DNA from: Desulfurococcales archaeon
GTDB taxonomy: Archaea; Thermoproteota; Thermoprotei_A; Sulfolobales; NBVN01
Direction: 5' to 3'
DNA: 59,804 nucleotides
Assembly: GCA_027064885.1 (NCBI GenBank)
Contig: JAMOOZ010000044.1
Span: 1-59,804, forward strand
In this document: in pieces, positions 8,892 through 17,840 of the stretch
Layout of the letters: each line of letters begins with the position of its first letter
How positions within the stretch are numbered: the stretch's first letter is position 1
Program-made: the position numbers and the translations under genes
Notes under the pieces: generated by a model
Told to the model about the DNA's origin: nothing
The model's database searches: none
What the model saw: only the letters and a program-made list of their open reading frames with translations

Positions 8892-9608
8892 ATGGGTAAG
8901 AGGATAAGGCAACAAAGGGCTGGCCGTGGGGGTCAACAGTTCAGGAACAGGGGGCACTTAAGGGTAGCACCAGCTAAGTATCCATCACTAAGCGACGTCA
9001 CGTTAACGGGTGTCATAACTGAGTTAGTTCACGACCCCGGCAGGTGGGTACCTCTAGCCCACATAGAGCTAGAGGACGGTACAGAGTATTACGTACCGGC
9101 AGCAGAGGGTATGTATGTAGGTCAGAAAGTAGCCATCGGGCCAGACGCGCCGATAGCCATAGGAAACACCCTTCCTTTAGGTAAGATCCCTGAAGGCACA
9201 AAGGTATACAACATAGAGTTAAGGCCAGGAGATGGCGGCAAACTAGCGAGGCAATCAGGTAGCTACGCCATAATCTTAGGTAGGTCCGGAAGATATACAA
9301 TAGTTCAGCTACCTAGCGGGAGACAGAAGAACATACTCAGCACAGCTAGGGCTACTATAGGTGTCCCTGCAGGCGCTGGACGCACTGAGAAGCCTCTGCT
9401 AAAAGCCGGGCTAGCGCACTATAAGTGGAGGCCCAAGGCACACATCTGGCCTAGAGTGCGTGGAGTTGCCATGAACGCCGTCAGCCACAAATTCGGCGGC
9501 GGCTCACACCAAAGTGTGTCAATACCATCCACAGTGTCAAGGAACGCTCCACCCGGTAGGAAGGTAGGCCACATCGCCGCTAGAAGGACTGGCAGAAGGA
9601 AGAGGTAA
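8892..9608 (+). CDS. rpl2: 50S ribosomal protein uL2
   Basis: GNTLPLGKIPEGTKVYNIELRPGDGGKLARQSG..., VRGVAMNAVSHKFGGG diagnostic. Confidence 0.95.
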   Translation: MGKRIRQQRAGRGGQQFRNRGHLRVAPAKYPSLSDVTLTGVITELVHDPGRWVPLAHIELEDGTEYYVPAAEGMYVGQKVAIGPDAPIAIGNTLPLGKIPEGTKVYNIELRPGDGGKLARQSGSYAIILGRSGRYTIVQLPSGRQKNILSTARATIGVPAGAGRTEKPLLKAGLAHYKWRPKAHIWPRVRGVAMNAVSHKFGGGSHQSVSIPSTVSRNAPPGRKVGHIAARRTGRRKR

Positions 9609-9643
9609 ATTTTATACCTCTGATGCACGCCGGCTAATACTCG

Positions 9644-10372
9644 TTACTTCTTAGGTCCCACTTCAGTATTACAGTACCTTCTCAAAATCTCCTTTATTAT
9701 TGAGGTACTTGACGCGATCTCTGGACCCTCTCTCCTAGGCATCCTCCTGATCTCGGCCTTTATGCCTCTTCGCTCAAGCTCTTTCTTCAAAAACTCCTCA
9801 TCCATGGGCTGGTCAGGACCTAAGAGTATTATATCAGGCCTTACACGCTCTACGGGCTTAAGCAGATCGGCATCATCGCCTAGAAGGGCCTTATATACGT
9901 ACTTTATGGATGATACCACCTCTAACCGCATGTTCTCAGGCATTATTGGAAGCCTTCCCTTGAACCTTTGAACGTTTTTGTCCCTAGCAACCACTGCGTA
10001 GACTAGTCCAAGTTTCCATGCCTCTCTTAAGAAGCGTATGTGTCCAGCGTGTATTATATCGAAAGTGCCGGCAACCAGTACCTTTTTAGGTCTCTCTCGC
10101 CTCCATGAAATATTCACTAACCCCATAATCCTTAGAGCGTCAAGCAATCCCTCGGCATAAGATACGCATGCTAATGCCGTGGATAGGTCTCCGGCGCTTA
10201 AGTAGTACCTAGCGTCATCACGGTATAACTTAGCTAAGTTCAGAACCTCCAAGGCTTTCGGATTACGTTCCAGCAAATCGCTACTCAGTTGTTCGAGAGC
10301 CTTAGAAACCATCTCTAAATACATCCTGACTCTAGATGCAAGCGTCTCTTCAAGGTTCTCTGCAGAATTCAT
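9644..10372 (-). CDS. ribL: cytidylyltransferase-fold nucleotidyltransferase (RibL-like FAD synthase) with an N-terminal DUF357-like helical domain
   Basis: VLVAGTFDIIHAGHIRFLREA...VVARDKNVQRFKGRLPIMPENMRLEVV...PDIILLGPDQ resembles archaeal RibL; the N-terminal about 95 aa (RDDARYYLSAGDLSTALACVSYAEGLLDAL) resemble DUF357. Confidence 0.7.
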   Translation of the reverse strand: MNSAENLEETLASRVRMYLEMVSKALEQLSSDLLERNPKALEVLNLAKLYRDDARYYLSAGDLSTALACVSYAEGLLDALRIMGLVNISWRRERPKKVLVAGTFDIIHAGHIRFLREAWKLGLVYAVVARDKNVQRFKGRLPIMPENMRLEVVSSIKYVYKALLGDDADLLKPVERVRPDIILLGPDQPMDEEFLKKELERRGIKAEIRRMPRREGPEIASSTSIIKEILRRYCNTEVGPKK

Positions 10373-11141
10373 TCCCTATCACCGCGAGTGCCTCCTCCTC
10401 CATAAAGTGAGGCTTAGGGGATACTAATATTAATGTGTGCGGACCCTCACCCTCATAGTCAAGGAGTTCCTTAAGTTTGCGTGGACATATGCGCTGTTTG
10501 TGGGAGCCTAGCGCGGAAACAGCTACTGCCTTACGGTCACCGTTAATAACACTTTCTCTCTTAATGCTCTCTAATCTAAATAGTAACTTTACGGCCTCTG
10601 GTATGGTCATCATTATGCCCCTCTCCATGTCCATCTCAAGTAGTAATATAGTATGAAGGTTTCGTGAATCGTTATCTTTAATGACGTCGTACGGGTACTC
10701 TGAAATAATGCCGTTCCGAGGATACGTTAGTGTGACTGGCTTGCCGATCTTATATATCATTAAGCCAGCAAGCAATAGGGCATTGGGTATAATCCCTGGT
10801 GCAGGTACTACTTCAAAGCTATGTCCCTTATTCCTTGCTTCAATGAGTAAGGATACATGGGTAGTCGCTAGCAGAGGATTCCCTGTAACAAGTAACGCAA
10901 CATCTCCGTGCTCAAGCTCCCCTATAATTTCGGAACTTCTCTCCTCGAGCATGCTCCGATTAGCTAGTATTATGTCGTTGCGTCCGATAATCCTCTTAAT
11001 TTCGTCAAGAGGTTCGGGAAAGGAACTCGTATAGATATCCAGGTACACCTTACGCACATCTTTGATCTTTCTAAGTCCCCTTAGTGTGATAAGGTCAGGA
11101 CTTAACCCTAGCCCTATTAGGTATAACTTACCCATTCTCAT
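10350..11141 (-). CDS. dphB: diphthine synthase
   Basis: MGKLYLIGLGL...ITLRGL...VYLDIYTS, tetrapyrrole-methylase fold, GDVALLVTGNPLLATTH; the start may be M3 (11135). Confidence 0.85.
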   Translation of the reverse strand: MRMGKLYLIGLGLSPDLITLRGLRKIKDVRKVYLDIYTSSFPEPLDEIKRIIGRNDIILANRSMLEERSSEIIGELEHGDVALLVTGNPLLATTHVSLLIEARNKGHSFEVVPAPGIIPNALLLAGLMIYKIGKPVTLTYPRNGIISEYPYDVIKDNDSRNLHTILLLEMDMERGIMMTIPEAVKLLFRLESIKRESVINGDRKAVAVSALGSHKQRICPRKLKELLDYEGEGPHTLILVSPKPHFMEEEALAVIGNEFCREP

Positions 11142-11613
11142 TCACCAACGTAAAGCCGTTGTAAGTTAAGTTGGGTTTCTCGTTACTTCCATTCCTGCTA
11201 AAAATATTGCAAACCTTATCTAGGGTTTCACGAATAAATCTCACTATATTTCCCCTTCCTGGTACTTTGAACGCAACGTATACACCATTCTTACTTATGG
11301 CTACCTGAGCCCCTAGCTCTACCAACTTACTGTACTGACTATTCATGAACTCACATACTAATACATTATCGGGGTTGATCTTTATCTCAAGGCGTAATGG
11401 CTCCGCTATATCAGCATAGGGAGCATACATTATGAGTAGATTAGCTTCGCTAAGGGGTTTACATCCGGAAATCCTGAAGTGTAATATGATCTTTCTAGCG
11501 CATTCTTCATCCGCCATAGCAAATACTGCAGCTAATAAATCACTACTAACTATTTCCTCCATGCTACTCATAAATGAAGTCAAGTCCATCTTTCTTAAGT
11601 TCCCGCCACTCAT
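11128..11613 (-). CDS. hypothetical protein (first gene of the dphB-ribL operon)
   Basis: 161-aa ORF overlapping dphB by 14 nt, same strand; no family recognised. Confidence 0.5.
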   Translation of the reverse strand: MSGGNLRKMDLTSFMSSMEEIVSSDLLAAVFAMADEECARKIILHFRISGCKPLSEANLLIMYAPYADIAEPLRLEIKINPDNVLVCEFMNSQYSKLVELGAQVAISKNGVYVAFKVPGRGNIVRFIRETLDKVCNIFSRNGSNEKPNLTYNGFTLVNENG

Positions 11614-11803
11614 TTCCCAATGTCACGCTCTCCGCAATACTCAAGGCAAACTAATCTTATTCACTCTTAAATGTCAGATCTCTTACATTAGTAAAAACCT
11701 AATGTTTTAATTATTGACGTATTGTTTACGTAGAACGATCGTGCAGAGGACGGGAGTCTTGAGAAGCCTTGACTGGGTTGTCAAGAAGGCTGAAGAAATA
11801 TCA

Positions 11804-12691
11804 ATGGATCACAGCTCCATTATGAAGTTCCTAGAGGAAATACTGACAATACTTAAAGAAAAGCAAAAGAACCGAATTGATCGATGGATCGCTGAGTCAC
11901 AACCTGTTACACCTTTCTTAATTATTGGAGACCTTCATGGAGATTTAGATACGTTAAGAACAATACTCTCAAGAACTTCTCATGAAAGGCTTGCTAAAGG
12001 AGAGCTTACCCTAGTTTTCCTTGGGGACTATGTTGACCGCGGCGAGTATCAAGTAGAAACTCTCCTGACGGTATTGCTACTTAAAAGAGAATTTCCTGAG
12101 AATGTTATATTACTTAGAGGTAATCATGAACCTCCTGAAAATCTCAAACCATACCCTCATGATTACCCCAGTATTTTACGGTCAAGGTATGGGTACATTA
12201 GAGGTCTGGAAATCTATGATAAGTCCCTCGAGGTTTTTAACAAGCTACCCTTAGTGCTTGTAGTTAGAAATCAGTTTGTGGCACTTCATGGCGGTCTACC
12301 CACCCAGACTTTCAAGAAGGAAGTTAGCTTAGTAGAGTACTTCATGGGTAAATCACAGAGCGAATACTTTGAAATTATGACTGAAATCCTCTGGAATGAT
12401 CCCATAGAGTCAAGTCATTACAGAATTCCATCCCCTAGAGGAGTTGGATACTTATTTGGCAGGCCCGTTACTGAGTGGTTCTTACACACATTCAGATTTA
12501 ATGTTGTGATTCGAGGACATGAGGCTGTTGACCGAGGCTTTAAGCTTAATCATGGAGGTAAAGTCATTACTCTCTTTAGTAGGCTTGGTCCGCCTTATTA
12601 CAACAGCAGAGCAGCATACATGGTAGTAGATACCTCCATAGAGAGGTGGTGGGCTAGGATAACTAATTTCATAGTTTCACTTTCTCGTTAA
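11804..12691 (+). CDS. PPP-family Ser/Thr protein phosphatase (metallophosphoesterase)
   Basis: GDLHGD, GDYVDRG, LRGNHE motifs; the ORF track starts at a TTG at 11714, ATG at 11804 preferred. Confidence 0.8.
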   Translation: MDHSSIMKFLEEILTILKEKQKNRIDRWIAESQPVTPFLIIGDLHGDLDTLRTILSRTSHERLAKGELTLVFLGDYVDRGEYQVETLLTVLLLKREFPENVILLRGNHEPPENLKPYPHDYPSILRSRYGYIRGLEIYDKSLEVFNKLPLVLVVRNQFVALHGGLPTQTFKKEVSLVEYFMGKSQSEYFEIMTEILWNDPIESSHYRIPSPRGVGYLFGRPVTEWFLHTFRFNVVIRGHEAVDRGFKLNHGGKVITLFSRLGPPYYNSRAAYMVVDTSIERWWARITNFIVSLSR

Positions 12692-12714
12692 GTGTCTTTG
12701 ATAAGTGATCAATT

Positions 12715-12733
12715 AAATAATTTTTGGTTAATC
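12715..12733 (+). promoter_or_regulatory. AAATAATTTTTGGTTAATC motif upstream of the PDO gene (near-identical copy at 40249-40266)
   Basis: Direct sequence comparison of the two intergenic regions; they differ only by one T in the T-run. Confidence 0.35.
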
Positions 12734-12803
12734 TAAACTTAATATTTATAACTCCAGCAGGTATAAGTCCTTAAGGTGAACAGAAGTGTATAACATAGAC
12801 AGC

Positions 12804-13478
12804 ATGTTCGAGATACCATTAAGTAACTCAGATATTGAGGAATTAAAAAGTGTACTTAGAGAAATCCGTAATCCTGTTAAAATAATAACATTCACTGCTG
12901 AGAACTGCAGATACTGTGGTAACACCGTCAACTTAATAGAGCTAGTGGTTAAGGCAAGTCCGCAAAGGAATGGAAGACCTCTAATAACACATGAAGTCGT
13001 AAAGTACAGTAAGGATAAGAAAGAATTCTTTGTAAAGTATGGTATCGACCGGGTACCAACGGTAGTGTTATTAGACGGTTACATAAAGTACATAGGTATG
13101 CCAGCAGGCGAAGAGATTAGGGGATTCATTGAAACAATTATTAGAGTAGGAACCGGGGATTCAGGGCTTAGTGAACGCACAAAGTCAGCGATTTCACAGA
13201 TCTCTAAGAAGACAGTGATCGATGTCGTAGTAACCCCAACCTGCCCATACTGCCCATACGCATCCTTGCTATCAAATATGTTCGCATATGAATCATATCG
13301 CAACGGTAAGAAATCCATAATAAGTAAGACCATAGAGGCTTACGAGAATCCTGACATTGCCGACATGTATAACGTAATGACTGTGCCTACTGTCGCTATA
13401 AACAGATCTGTCGAGTTCGTAGGCCCACCAACAGAAGATCAATTACTAAATAGAATACTAAAGCATGCCAAACACTAG
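12804..13478 (+). CDS. pdo: protein disulfide oxidoreductase (PDO, double thioredoxin fold)
   Basis: Two CxxC sites (CRYC, CPYC), VVTPTCPYCP, YNVMTVPT; overall resemblance to Pyrococcus PDO. Confidence 0.85.
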   Translation: MFEIPLSNSDIEELKSVLREIRNPVKIITFTAENCRYCGNTVNLIELVVKASPQRNGRPLITHEVVKYSKDKKEFFVKYGIDRVPTVVLLDGYIKYIGMPAGEEIRGFIETIIRVGTGDSGLSERTKSAISQISKKTVIDVVVTPTCPYCPYASLLSNMFAYESYRNGKKSIISKTIEAYENPDIADMYNVMTVPTVAINRSVEFVGPPTEDQLLNRILKHAKH

Positions 13479-13618
13479 AGGAGCATTTAAACCCAGTACC
13501 TCGCTTTCTCTAATTTCTAGTTTCATAGTTTAAACACTTAGCCCAAGTAATATCTTAAGACTAGAGTCAGAAAGAGAATTACTGAAGGTTTGTCTATTGT
13601 GTTTCTATAGGTGGGGGC

Positions 13619-14776
13619 TCATTCAGCCTTAAACTTCTCATACCATGCTTCGTATACCTTAATGAGGTCTCTGTTAATGCTTGGTTTTATGCTCTCAAGA
13701 GCTACTTTGAAGTCTTCTAGCGTAACGGGCCTCGGGTCTCCTTTCCCTTCATTTTTCTCAAACAACTCTGTTATTACCCTCAGATGCGCCGCCATTACTA
13801 CATCTCTTATGTCGCTCCCGGAGTATCCTTTCAATGTATCGGCCAACAACTCAAAGTCAACATCAGGTGCTAGCTTTATGTTTTTAGTGAGTAATCGCAG
13901 TAGCTGAACCCTAGCTTCCCTATTAGGTGGCGGAACGTATATCCGTCTTTGGAACCTTCTAATGAAGGCTTTGTCGAGTTTCCATGGTTTATTTGTCGCT
14001 GCGATAACATATATGAACATCTTCTTTGACTTGCTTAGTAAGCCATCCATCTCCTGCAGAAATTGATTTCTAACCCTAACCTCCCCACCCACCTCAGTGT
14101 TGAATGTTCCTAGGAGCGAGTCCACCTCATCTATGAATATTATAACAGGTTTTCCTTGAACCGATAATTCTCTAGCCTTCTTAAATAGCTTAGCTACCTT
14201 ACCTTCAGCTTCACCCAACCACTTCGACATTATAGATGCTGCATCAATTTGAATGAACACCCCGTCTATCTCGTTTGCTACAGCAGCAGCTAGTAGTGTC
14301 TTACCACAACCAGGTGGGCCAAAAAGCAGTATCCCTCTAGGCCACCCAAGTTGCGGCGGAAAGAGATCCGGTCTCTTAGTAGGAAATATTATTGCTTCCT
14401 TTATCGCTCTCTTGGCATGTTCAAGATCGGCTATGTCATTAAATGTTACTTCAGGTTTTTCCTTGAGTACTAGGTCATCCACATCTTCATCATCGCCTCC
14501 AAGCGGTTTGGGACCTCCTACTGGGACTAATGTGGTGCGTAGGCTCTCTAAGTCCCTTATCCTTTTCTTGTATTGCCTTATCCAGTCCTTATATATGGTG
14601 TTTAAGCCGTTGTCGGGATATAGCTGTATTATTTTCGTGAGGACTCTTATGGCGTTCTTGTAGTACTTAACTGCCTCACCGAAGTTCCCTTCCTTATCAT
14701 GCATTACAGCCTGGATTGCATAGCGGCGGGCCATATCCTCTAAGTAAGGCAAGGCGTTGCTACTCATTGCCCCCAC
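13619..14776 (-). CDS. cdvC: CdvC / Vps4-type AAA+ ATPase
   Basis: N-terminal MIT-like helices, Walker A GPPGCGKT, Walker B IIFIDEVDS, Vps4-type C-terminus; last gene of the cdv operon. Confidence 0.9.
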   Translation of the reverse strand: MGAMSSNALPYLEDMARRYAIQAVMHDKEGNFGEAVKYYKNAIRVLTKIIQLYPDNGLNTIYKDWIRQYKKRIRDLESLRTTLVPVGGPKPLGGDDEDVDDLVLKEKPEVTFNDIADLEHAKRAIKEAIIFPTKRPDLFPPQLGWPRGILLFGPPGCGKTLLAAAVANEIDGVFIQIDAASIMSKWLGEAEGKVAKLFKKARELSVQGKPVIIFIDEVDSLLGTFNTEVGGEVRVRNQFLQEMDGLLSKSKKMFIYVIAATNKPWKLDKAFIRRFQRRIYVPPPNREARVQLLRLLTKNIKLAPDVDFELLADTLKGYSGSDIRDVVMAAHLRVITELFEKNEGKGDPRPVTLEDFKVALESIKPSINRDLIKVYEAWYEKFKAE

Positions 14777-14792
14777 CCTCTTAGCCCGCCGC

Positions 14793-15662
14793 TTAGAATG
14801 TTATTTTGTTCTGTTCCTTTAACCTATGGAGAGATGACATTATATCTCGCTTCTCAACACCCAGCTTAACTGCTAGGTCACCGATGTCAATGAAACCTCC
14901 ATGCATGAGTATGTATTCTAGCACAGCTCTATCTATTTCATCTGGCTTAGGTTTCCTGACACCCACCTTCGGCGTTGTTTTCACTTTCATAGCGTTCTCT
15001 TTGATCCTGATCTCCAAGCCCTTGCCCTGCCCAGGCGTCATTAACCCCAGCGGGATCTCAGGTAATTGATTCCTTACAGTCTCTTCCGCCACTCTCTCAA
15101 TATCTTCCAGGAGCTTCTTCGCTTCGGGTGTGTACTCTATGGCTGCCTCGGCGTTTATGTCGACAGCATCTGTGGTTTCGGCAACTACTGTCTTAGCCTT
15201 AGATATTAAGTTCTCGAGACTGTATGCCATATTTGGCATGACTCCCTGCACGTAGTCCTTAGCAGCCATGAGTAGGTTAACTGCCTCAACCATTGATCCA
15301 GGTAGGTTACTTATGTTCTCTATGGTTTCCAGTCTTAGCTTAACCTGCTCTAGTACCTTTTCAGCCACGAGGAGCTTTTTCACCACGCGCTTGACCTGTA
15401 TTGCTTCATTAGCATATATGAGAGCCCGGTCATTCTCCTTCCTTAGCATGGACGATATCGCTTGCTTTACTAGGTGACCGTGCCTCTTTTTGAGTCTAGT
15501 TATGCTTTCCTCGAGGTCGGACTTCACTACTTCAATGCTAGATATAAGCCCGGCTATCACATTTCTTTTGCTTCTGGCGTCGTTCTTGCTTCTAGCTCCC
15601 CATCCAATAAGGAAGAGCAGCCTCCTCAGCCCGCCCCCCTTCTCACCTATTGTAAAACTCAC
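14793..15662 (-). CDS. cdvB: CdvB (ESCRT-III/Snf7-like with C-terminal winged helix)
   Basis: Long helical Snf7-like core, C-terminal wH-like LEYILMHGGFIDIGDLAVKLGVEKRDIMSSLHRLKEQNKI; lies between cdvA and cdvC. Confidence 0.8.
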   Translation of the reverse strand: MSFTIGEKGGGLRRLLFLIGWGARSKNDARSKRNVIAGLISSIEVVKSDLEESITRLKKRHGHLVKQAISSMLRKENDRALIYANEAIQVKRVVKKLLVAEKVLEQVKLRLETIENISNLPGSMVEAVNLLMAAKDYVQGVMPNMAYSLENLISKAKTVVAETTDAVDINAEAAIEYTPEAKKLLEDIERVAEETVRNQLPEIPLGLMTPGQGKGLEIRIKENAMKVKTTPKVGVRKPKPDEIDRAVLEYILMHGGFIDIGDLAVKLGVEKRDIMSSLHRLKEQNKITF

Positions 15663-15706
15663 CTTCCAACCCTCCCCTCACCTGTTGGGTTTTATTGGTG
15701 GTTTGT

Positions 15707-16426
15707 TTATGCCTCAATTATCTGAACCTGTATCGGTCCTTCATGCTGAACCTCAGGCTCGCCGGATTCCTTGACAGGCGCGTGGATCGATGCGGGCCTG
15801 TGTGCGCTGGTCGCTTCTGACTCAAGCTTAGTTATTATGTCTAAGTGCTTCTCAACGTCTTTCTTTTCCTCCGCGTTCCTGGCTTTCGCGTCTCTCAGGT
15901 AGTCTATGGCCGCTTTGTATGCTGATTCACTCACTTCATTGCTCATGTAGAGCACCATTAGGTTTGAGATGTCCTTCTCTAGCCTAATTATCTGGTCCTC
16001 TAAGTCATTAGCCCTCCTCCTGAGTAGGTCCTTTACCTTCCGAACCTCGTCTTTAACGCTCTTAAACTGGGCCTCTAGCTTCGTCTTTATCTCCTCGTAA
16101 GCATGGCCAGGTATACTTCCCTTTCTGTAAAGTTCCTCAACGGCTCGGATCCTCTTCCTTACTCTGTCAAGCTTATTCTCTGTGGTTATTGCCTTAACTT
16201 TCCACTCCGCCAGAACTATGACTCCATCAGGGGTGAGCTTGATCCTGTCAGAGCTTATCCTCTCTAGGCTGAAATCATTTAAGGCGATCTCAATGTTTTC
16301 GACATTGCCTGATACGTCAGTAAACGCGGTGAGGATCTTACCCATAATCCTGCCATATTCATCTTTTACGTTTTGACCCATGAACTTTTCAATTTGATCA
16401 ATAGTGACGACCATACTCCACACCAC
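15707..16426 (-). CDS. cdvA: CdvA (PRC-barrel plus coiled coil)
   Basis: N-terminal barrel-like segment (GQNVKDEYGRIMGKILT...IEIALNDFSLERISSDRI) followed by a coiled coil; operon position upstream of cdvB/cdvC. Confidence 0.75.
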   Translation of the reverse strand: MVWSMVVTIDQIEKFMGQNVKDEYGRIMGKILTAFTDVSGNVENIEIALNDFSLERISSDRIKLTPDGVIVLAEWKVKAITTENKLDRVRKRIRAVEELYRKGSIPGHAYEEIKTKLEAQFKSVKDEVRKVKDLLRRRANDLEDQIIRLEKDISNLMVLYMSNEVSESAYKAAIDYLRDAKARNAEEKKDVEKHLDIITKLESEATSAHRPASIHAPVKESGEPEVQHEGPIQVQIIEA

Positions 16427-16450
16427 GTTTAAGGTCTCGGTCTATGTTAT

Positions 16451-16462
16451 GCTTAAAAAGCC
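16451..16462 (-). promoter_or_regulatory. TATA-like box for cdvA (minus sense GGCTTTTTAAGC)
   Basis: A/T box about 30 nt upstream of the cdvA ATG (16426), consistent with a short or absent leader. Confidence 0.45.
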
Positions 16463-16559
16463 TACAACTCAACAAGACGTAATCCCTTACTAGGGCTTGA
16501 AGCGACGTAATGAAGCATAATTAATAACTAAGCCAACACCTAAACAACGGTGAAAGTAA

Positions 16560-17840
16560 ATGGAATATGACATCGTGCATGTGAAAGGACTGCAGGTACT
16601 TGATTCTCGCGGCAACCCCACTGTAGAGGCTCTCGTGATTACGGAGGGGGGAGGTTACGGTAGAGCCATAGCACCAGCTGGCGCTTCTAAGGGTAAGCTC
16701 GAGGCTATAGACCTGAGAGATGGAGGAAAAGCTTATGGAGGAATGGGTGTCTCTAAGGCCGTAGAATCAATTAATAAGTACATAGCGTCAGCAATCCTCG
16801 GAATGGACGCCTCAGACTTCAGGGAAGTTGACCGCAAGATAATTGAGGTTGACGGGACACCCAACAAATCGAGGCTCGGAGGTAACGCATGCGTAGCGAC
16901 TTCACTAGCAGTCGTAAAGGCAGCCGCCGACACTGCTGGAGTACCGCTCTTTGAGTTTCTGGGAGGAAGGAGGGCCAGAACACTGCCCGTACCTCTAATG
17001 AACGTTATTAATGGCGGTGCTCACGCAGGCAATAAGTTAAGCATTCAGGAATTCATGATAGTTCCGGCTGGTGCTGACACGTTTAGTGACGCCATACGCG
17101 TAGCTGTTGAAGTGTATAAGTCACTAAAGTCGTACCTGAAGGAGAAGTACGGTCCATCCGCAATTAATGTTGGTGATGAAGGTGGATTCGCACCTCCTCT
17201 AGAGCTTACGAGAGATGCGCTGGATGCCCTTCTAGAGGCTATCAAGAGAGCTGGATATACTCCAGGCAATGAGATATTACTGGCTATGGATGCTGCAGCG
17301 TCACACTTCTATGAGGGAAACCAGGTCTACGAGATAGATGGAAAAGAACTCAGTAGCACAGAACTAATTGATTACTACATGTCATTAGTCAATGAGTACC
17401 CGTTAGTCCTTATAGAGGACCCGTTTGCTGAGGACGACCCCGAACCATTTAAGGAGTTAAGGGCAAAGCTAGGCGGGAAAGTAACTATTATAGGAGACGA
17501 TATTGTAGTAACACGTAAGGATTTAGCGGAGAAATACTTCGCAAGTGGATACATTGACGGAGCGATAATAAAGGTCAATCAGGTGGGCACATTCACTGAA
17601 GCTGAAGACACTATAAGGTACTTACTGAACTCCGGAGGCAAGGCAGTAATAAGTCATAGGTCAGGTGAAAGCGAAGATACTACAATAGCACATATAGTGG
17701 TTGCGTATGAAACAGGCCTAATAAAGACAGGCGCTCCCGCACGCGGAGAAAGAACAGCTAAATACAATGAACTACTTAGGATCGAGGATTATCTGGGCGG
17801 TGAAGCCATATTCGCGGGTAAAAAGGTATTTTTAAGGTAA
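16560..17840 (+). CDS. eno: enolase
   Basis: VLDSRGNPTVE, SHRSGESEDTTIAH, IKVNQVGT diagnostic. Confidence 0.95.
   Translation: MEYDIVHVKGLQVLDSRGNPTVEALVITEGGGYGRAIAPAGASKGKLEAIDLRDGGKAYGGMGVSKAVESINKYIASAILGMDASDFREVDRKIIEVDGTPNKSRLGGNACVATSLAVVKAAADTAGVPLFEFLGGRRARTLPVPLMNVINGGAHAGNKLSIQEFMIVPAGADTFSDAIRVAVEVYKSLKSYLKEKYGPSAINVGDEGGFAPPLELTRDALDALLEAIKRAGYTPGNEILLAMDAAASHFYEGNQVYEIDGKELSSTELIDYYMSLVNEYPLVLIEDPFAEDDPEPFKELRAKLGGKVTIIGDDIVVTRKDLAEKYFASGYIDGAIIKVNQVGTFTEAEDTIRYLLNSGGKAVISHRSGESEDTTIAHIVVAYETGLIKTGAPARGERTAKYNELLRIEDYLGGEAIFAGKKVFLR

Noticed and set aside
11100-13500. Apparent lower-GC stretches (here and at 55.6-59.8 kb) as possible horizontally acquired islands
   Set aside because: This is based only on hand counts of a few lines. 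There is no flanking tRNA, integrase, direct repeats or mobile-element genes, and the contents (phosphatase, PDO, Ogt, DHPS-like) are ordinary housekeeping genes. It needs a computed GC and codon-usage profile before any claim.
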